A DNA stretch of 64,000 nt from Epithemia pelagica (taxonomy: Eukaryota; Protista; Bacillariophyta): the NCBI GenBank assembly GCA_946965045.2, contig OX337236.1:62001-126000 (forward strand). Direction: 5' to 3'. Below, one piece after another: positions 59,409-64,000 of the stretch. Position 1 is the first letter of the stretch, and each line of letters begins with the position of its first letter. The notes below the pieces were generated by a model. That model was given only the letters and a program-made list of their open reading frames with translations, was not told the origin of the DNA and ran no database searches. Made by a program: the position numbers and the translations under genes.

Positions 59409-61355
59409 CTAGGGACCAGGCAGGGGCAAGAGTTTGCAAAAGATTTGGTGCCGAATTCCATCGACTCCGGGAAAGAATGATGTGGGTGTATCGTCTTCAT
59501 ACAGGGTACATACCGTTACACCGGAATTGTTCTGATCCCCATTTATAGGGGCAAAGGTAAACGCCTTGCAGCTGCTGCCGAAGTCACGACAAGCGGTCTC
59601 GCAGTCCTCTGGAGTGTCAGCCGCTGGACGAGGGTTGGAACAAGAGCCAGTAAGTCCACAGCCGGGAATGTCCGCACCTGGTCCGCCCACTTGCACGGTA
59701 TTGGCAGGACATTCCGGCAAGAGTCGACAAAAGATTTGTTGAAAACTTCCATCGACTCCGGGAAAGAATGCTGTGGGCGTATCATCTCCATAAATGGTAC
59801 ATACCGTTACAGCGGGATTGTTCTGATCCCCATTTATAGGGGCAAAGGTAAAACCTTTGCAGCTGCCGTTGGCACGACAAGCGGTCTCGCAATCCTCTGG
59901 AGTGTCAGCCGCTGGACGAGGGTTGGAACAAGAGCCAGTAAGTCCACAGCCGGGAATGTCCGCACCCAGTCCGTCCACTTGCACGGTACTGGGAGGACAG
60001 TCCGCGTAGATTGGTAACAATTTGCAGAAGACTTGTTGTAAGGTTCCATCTGTGCCTGATACTTCATCATTTGGAGAGTTGTTCTCGTAGAGAGTACAGA
60101 CAGGATCACTTGGTCGAAAGATATTTTCGCCGCCTTCTGGTGCAAAGGTAAAGGCATTGCATTTGTTCACAGAGCGACAAAACTCTTGACATTCTTCCGG
60201 GGAGTGAGTGTCTGTACGCTCCGGAGCCGCACAACTAAACCCTTCAAAGTCAACGCATGTCCTGCCAGCGCCCAGTCCTCCCACTTGTAGGGTGTCACGA
60301 GGACAGGAAACCTCCGAGAGGCGACAAAATACTTGCCGGTCAATCCCATCCACACCTGGAAAGGTGTCCGTGGGTACATCGGAATCATACAAGGTACAAA
60401 CGGGCACGGTCGGATGGTTAATATCACCACCAATGGGTGCAAAGGTATAGGCTTCACACTTCTTGTTGGACCGACAAAACAATTCACATTCCTCGATTGT
60501 GGCAAACGCGTAGCGCTCATCGCAGTCCGTCAATCCACAACCCGGAATATCTGCGCCAATGTCTTCAACTTGAGCCGACTGCCGCGCTGGACATTGAGCG
60601 TCTCTGGAAACAATCTTGCAAAAGATTTGCGTTGAAAATTGCTGGCTTGGCGTATCCACATCGTAGATTGTGCAAGTAGGCAACGTCGGGCGATCTACAC
60701 CAATGGCTGCAAAGCTAAATGCCTTGCAATCAGCATTGGAGAGACAAAAGTCTTCACATTCCTCGGGACTATTGTACGTGTAACGCAAGTCGCATGAGGT
60801 TAAACCACAGCGTGCAATATCGTTATCCGGGCCTGGTGCTTGCTCTGTACCGGGTGGACAGGTAACGTCCTCCCGCCTGCAAAAGATTTGTTGTAAGGTT
60901 CCGTCGGCTCCCGGAAACTTGTCTCTGGGTTGGACGTGATTGTAGATGGTGCAGACGGGGAGAGTGGGATGGTTTTTATCGCCACCAATGGGTGCAAAGG
61001 TAAAGCCTCTGCAGTCGGGCCTGGTGCGGCAAAACCATTCGCAGTCTTGAGGAGTAGGATACACATAACGTTCTTCACATCGAGTTAGACCACAACCCGC
61101 GATATCGGCGCCCAAACCGCCCACTTGCACCGTGTCTCGAGGACACACAACGTCCACAAAATCCTCCAGAGTCCGGCAGGATTTGTCTGACTTTTTGGGT
61201 TTCTTGGATTTGTCCTCCTTGTTCGAAGTACCCGTCTTGCCATACATCTTACCAAAGAGGCGACGGCGGTCATGCAGGCATTGTGCCCTAGCCGGATCCA
61301 CCGTGGACGCACCGAGGATCCGGGGCAACAAGAGAACGACAAGGTGGTTCTTCAT
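59409..61355 (-). CDS. Putatively secreted protein with six tandem 8-Cys PAN/Apple-like modules (about 648 aa)
   Basis: Hydrophobic N-terminus MKNHLVVLLLPRILGAS, a Lys-rich linker, then six roughly 90-100 aa repeats CP..T.QV.G.GADI.GCGLT.C...C...C.....C..F.FAP..G......VCT.Y......QIFC. Confidence 0.85.
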   Translation of the reverse strand: MKNHLVVLLLPRILGASTVDPARAQCLHDRRRLFGKMYGKTGTSNKEDKSKKPKKSDKSCRTLEDFVDVVCPRDTVQVGGLGADIAGCGLTRCEERYVYPTPQDCEWFCRTRPDCRGFTFAPIGGDKNHPTLPVCTIYNHVQPRDKFPGADGTLQQIFCRREDVTCPPGTEQAPGPDNDIARCGLTSCDLRYTYNSPEECEDFCLSNADCKAFSFAAIGVDRPTLPTCTIYDVDTPSQQFSTQIFCKIVSRDAQCPARQSAQVEDIGADIPGCGLTDCDERYAFATIEECELFCRSNKKCEAYTFAPIGGDINHPTVPVCTLYDSDVPTDTFPGVDGIDRQVFCRLSEVSCPRDTLQVGGLGAGRTCVDFEGFSCAAPERTDTHSPEECQEFCRSVNKCNAFTFAPEGGENIFRPSDPVCTLYENNSPNDEVSGTDGTLQQVFCKLLPIYADCPPSTVQVDGLGADIPGCGLTGSCSNPRPAADTPEDCETACRANGSCKGFTFAPINGDQNNPAVTVCTIYGDDTPTAFFPGVDGSFQQIFCRLLPECPANTVQVGGPGADIPGCGLTGSCSNPRPAADTPEDCETACRDFGSSCKAFTFAPINGDQNNSGVTVCTLYEDDTPTSFFPGVDGIRHQIFCKLLPLPGP

Positions 61356-61646
61356 CGTACGGATGGACAGCTCGTCACTGAACTGAACGATACACAAGTA
61401 AATAACAATTATTCAGAAAAGACGTGCAACAAAAAAGTGAGCATCGTCGGGTCTTGCACAGGATCTTGCAAAGGAATTTGGAATTTCGTGAACACAAAAA
61501 TGGTGATAAGAGAGAGTACGTTGTGCTCTTTCCGGCATGTTCTAAATTTTCCTCCAATTAAAGGATATCAGAGGTTGCAGAGTGTTTCACTCGCTCGTGT
61601 CCTCAACGACGCATCCAACCAGTCATTTTCAGTGCCACAAGTACTT

Positions 61647-61826
61647 GACAAAGACGGAGCGGCAACTATCGCTCCGTTTTTCCCCGGTTGTCTTTTGATC
61701 AATCGCTCCGTTTTTTGTCGGCGGTCCCTTGATCAAAAAACATTCTTGGAACGGCCAAAAGTACCCGACCGCGCTCACCCAAATGACTATATTCTGGGAG
61801 ATTTCCCAGTTGCAGTGTCGCTCCGT
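61647..61826. promoter_or_regulatory. Cluster of ACGGAGCG motifs upstream of the six-module PAN gene, shared with the paralogue's upstream region
   Basis: ACGGAGCG or its complement at 61654, 61670, 61704 and 61819. The 16-mer GACAAAGACGGAGCGG also occurs at 58268 and 58422. A regulatory function is inferred only. Confidence 0.4.
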
Positions 61827-61876
61827 TTGTTATTGATCCAAGAAACACACCCTCAATGAAAAGGGGAAGGGTTATA

Positions 61877-61934
61877 GGGATAAGCCCGACCACCCGACCA
61901 ATAGCGCTACTGGTCGAGTGGTCGGGCTTATTCC
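61877..61934. repeat. 58-bp loopless imperfect palindrome
   Basis: 29-bp arms, 26/29 matched, centred on TAGC|GCTA. Confidence 0.9.
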
Positions 61935-62634
61935 TCCCTCCCCCTTTTCATATGATAACACTGGGGCACTCGCAAACCCTGCTCAGCACCCACCATGTCG
62001 CCATCCAACCTCAGGATCCCTTTCTCTCGCGCAAACACAAAGACAAACAGCAGAATCAAATCTCATTAGATTCTCGCAACCGTAAACACTAGTTTAGGTT
62101 GTGTTGTGGGGGGAAGGGTAATCCTTCACCACTCAGGGTCCGATCTGGCATAATGCTCAGACAGGGGAACCGGCCCAAAAGAACAAAAAGAAAGACCCAA
62201 ATCAAGACTCCTGTTGGATCCGCTTGTGGCCCACCAACGCGATCAAGTTGCACCATGCAATCGCAAAGGCGGAAACGGACAGGGGACGCAATCGGCTCAA
62301 ACTCTCTCTCTAATGGACAAGAAGCGAAGAGGCCTTGCCATGTCAGCCTCAACGCAACTTGCCAGTTCCAGAAACCAGGGTGGGAAGGGAGGGAAAAAAG
62401 AAGAAATGGGTACTATCCGTACCCACGAAAGTTGGAGTTTCAACTCTTTAGAAATCAAGAACGGCGCCAAAGGGGATCAGACCTTCGCCGACGAACCGTA
62501 GAAAACCCAAAGAGTGAGCTCTCCGTGTCCCTCTTGTTTTGTTTGCTGCGTCTTTGCTTGTTTGTCATGGATCGCATGTCGCGCTCCATTAGGGATCCAT
62601 TGTTGGCGCATTGTTGTTTGATTCAAGAGTGCCC

Positions 62635-64000
62635 ATGCCTCTTGAATCGGACGATCCTCTATTTGGAGGCAGTCCACTTTGAGATATGGAATGGAAGAGG
62701 CTTTGTCGCGGTAGATGGGATGCACATGTTCTTTTTGGAACTTCCTCTTCCGAGTTGCACGCCCGTTCAAGTTTACCAGAGACGAGAAGGAACTGACCAT
62801 TGAACAGTTTGCAGAATTGGTGTCAGAGCATGTGGAGTTTCACGGAATGGATGCTGAGTTCTACCTTCCAGATCCCCAGAATCCGACACAATTGGTCAAC
62901 ATTCTGCATGAGGACTCGGAGTTCTCACCCGCTTATGTTGTCACACACTTCCGAAATGCTCAAGCAGCGACAACACCACTGTATGACGACTACTCCACTA
63001 ACAATATGGACCTCGCATACAAAGCAATCATGGCTGTGTTAGATGAAACGGTGAAAACAAGCATTCGGCCACTCCTACCTAGAGATTTGCGCTACGGACC
63101 CATCCTTTGGATTTACGTCGTTCGCGAAGTGCGCACAGCCTCATTCCAACGAATCAAGGCTCTCAAGACCCAGTTGGAGTCTCTCAAGCTGCGGCAAACA
63201 CCAGGCGAAGATGTTAAGGTGTTTACAACCAAGTTTCTTCAGACTTGCGTTGAGTTGGGTCGCAATGTGCCGAGTGATGCTCCTTTCATCCTCAATGAGC
63301 AGCTGTGTACGTCTTCGGTTGAACAGTTTCGAGTGAAATTTATGGCACGGAGTACTGCCGTGAACCAGTGGGTCACAAAAGTGCATGGCTTATCCAAAGC
63401 TACCATTGATGCACGATCAGCTGAACCTGACTATGTTTCTGTGCAAGACTTGGTTGAAGAAGCCAATGCAGAGTACACCCTCCTTTCGACTGCCGACCGC
63501 TGGGGCCCATCCGGAAAGGCCGATTCGGGAAACCCACCGGAAGCATTGACCTTCACCAAAGCTGAAATAAACAATCTCGTGCAGAAACAAGTGTCTGCCG
63601 CGATCAAGAACAAGAATGGTAATGGTAAAGGCGGAGGAAATGGACGCAAATGCTATCTTTGTGGTGCCGAAGACCATCTAAAGAAAGACTGTCCCAAGAA
63701 CCCTGCAAACCAACACGGTGGCGACAAGACCAACAAAAAGTCTAAAGCTCCCAAAGCACCGTGGAAATCTATTGCGCCTGGACCAAACGACCCAGAAACG
63801 AAAAATGTGAACGGCACTGACTGGCACTGGTGTGCCATTTGTGGTTTCTGGCGATTGTCCCATGGCACCGCCACACATCGAAATGACTTGCCTTCTTCGC
63901 AAACTGGCGACAAGAAAGCAGCCAAACCTGCCGGAGCAGCCTCCCTAGCTTTTGTTGGCGCTGCATCCATCCTTGATGACGATGAAGAATGACTGGTTGG
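62635..64000 (+). mobile_element. gag: Ty1/copia (CoDi-like) LTR retrotransposon gag region, probably degenerate; truncated by window edge
   Basis: ORF 62715-63992 contains HGMD...YLPDP, GPILW, L.L...PGEDV, a CCHC knuckle CYLCGAEDHLKKDC (63651-63692) and W....P......K..NG..WHWC..C..W..SH.T..H. No LTR or PBS identified. Confidence 0.8.

Noticed and set aside
61950-62634. 5' LTR and primer-binding site of the copia element
   Set aside because: No TG...CA boundary or tRNA-complementary PBS could be identified without the second LTR.

Overview
Eukaryotic nuclear DNA, most likely a pennate diatom. Evidence: compact genes with short GT(A/G)(C/A/T)GT..AG introns, bipartite ER+plastid presequences with an A|F cleavage motif, CAA/AAC microsatellites, and a gag resembling diatom Ty1/copia (CoDi-type) elements. 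About 22 protein-coding genes can be supported. Recognisable ones: HSL-type esterase, TALE homeobox, ZMAT2/Snu23, mitochondrial ferredoxin reductase, DUF924-TilS fusion, RLP24, GT8 glycosyltransferase, sterol glucosyltransferase, NOB1, XPG/RAD2, sulfotransferase-like protein, mitochondrial GrpE, zinc-finger/PHD protein, plastid coproporphyrinogen oxidase, DUF2358-like protein and two secreted PAN/Apple-like paralogues. A kinase-like pseudogene lies at the left edge and a degenerate copia gag at the right edge. Highlights not visible in the ORF track: (1) a 489-bp PIF/Harbinger-type MITE with perfect 31-bp TIRs and a TAA duplication; (2) a 9-nt micro-exon that rebuilds the XPG H3TH motif; (3) a roughly 9-exon unknown gene with a 16-nt micro-exon; (4) a membrane protein with a toxin-like HNH/His-Me zinc motif; (5) a PAN-repeat gene pair sharing a repeated ACGGAGCG upstream motif; (6) three long hairpin-forming palindromes. 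I saw no tRNA, rRNA or CRISPR array. All family assignments come from motif recognition by eye, without database searches, and all splice models are predictions.
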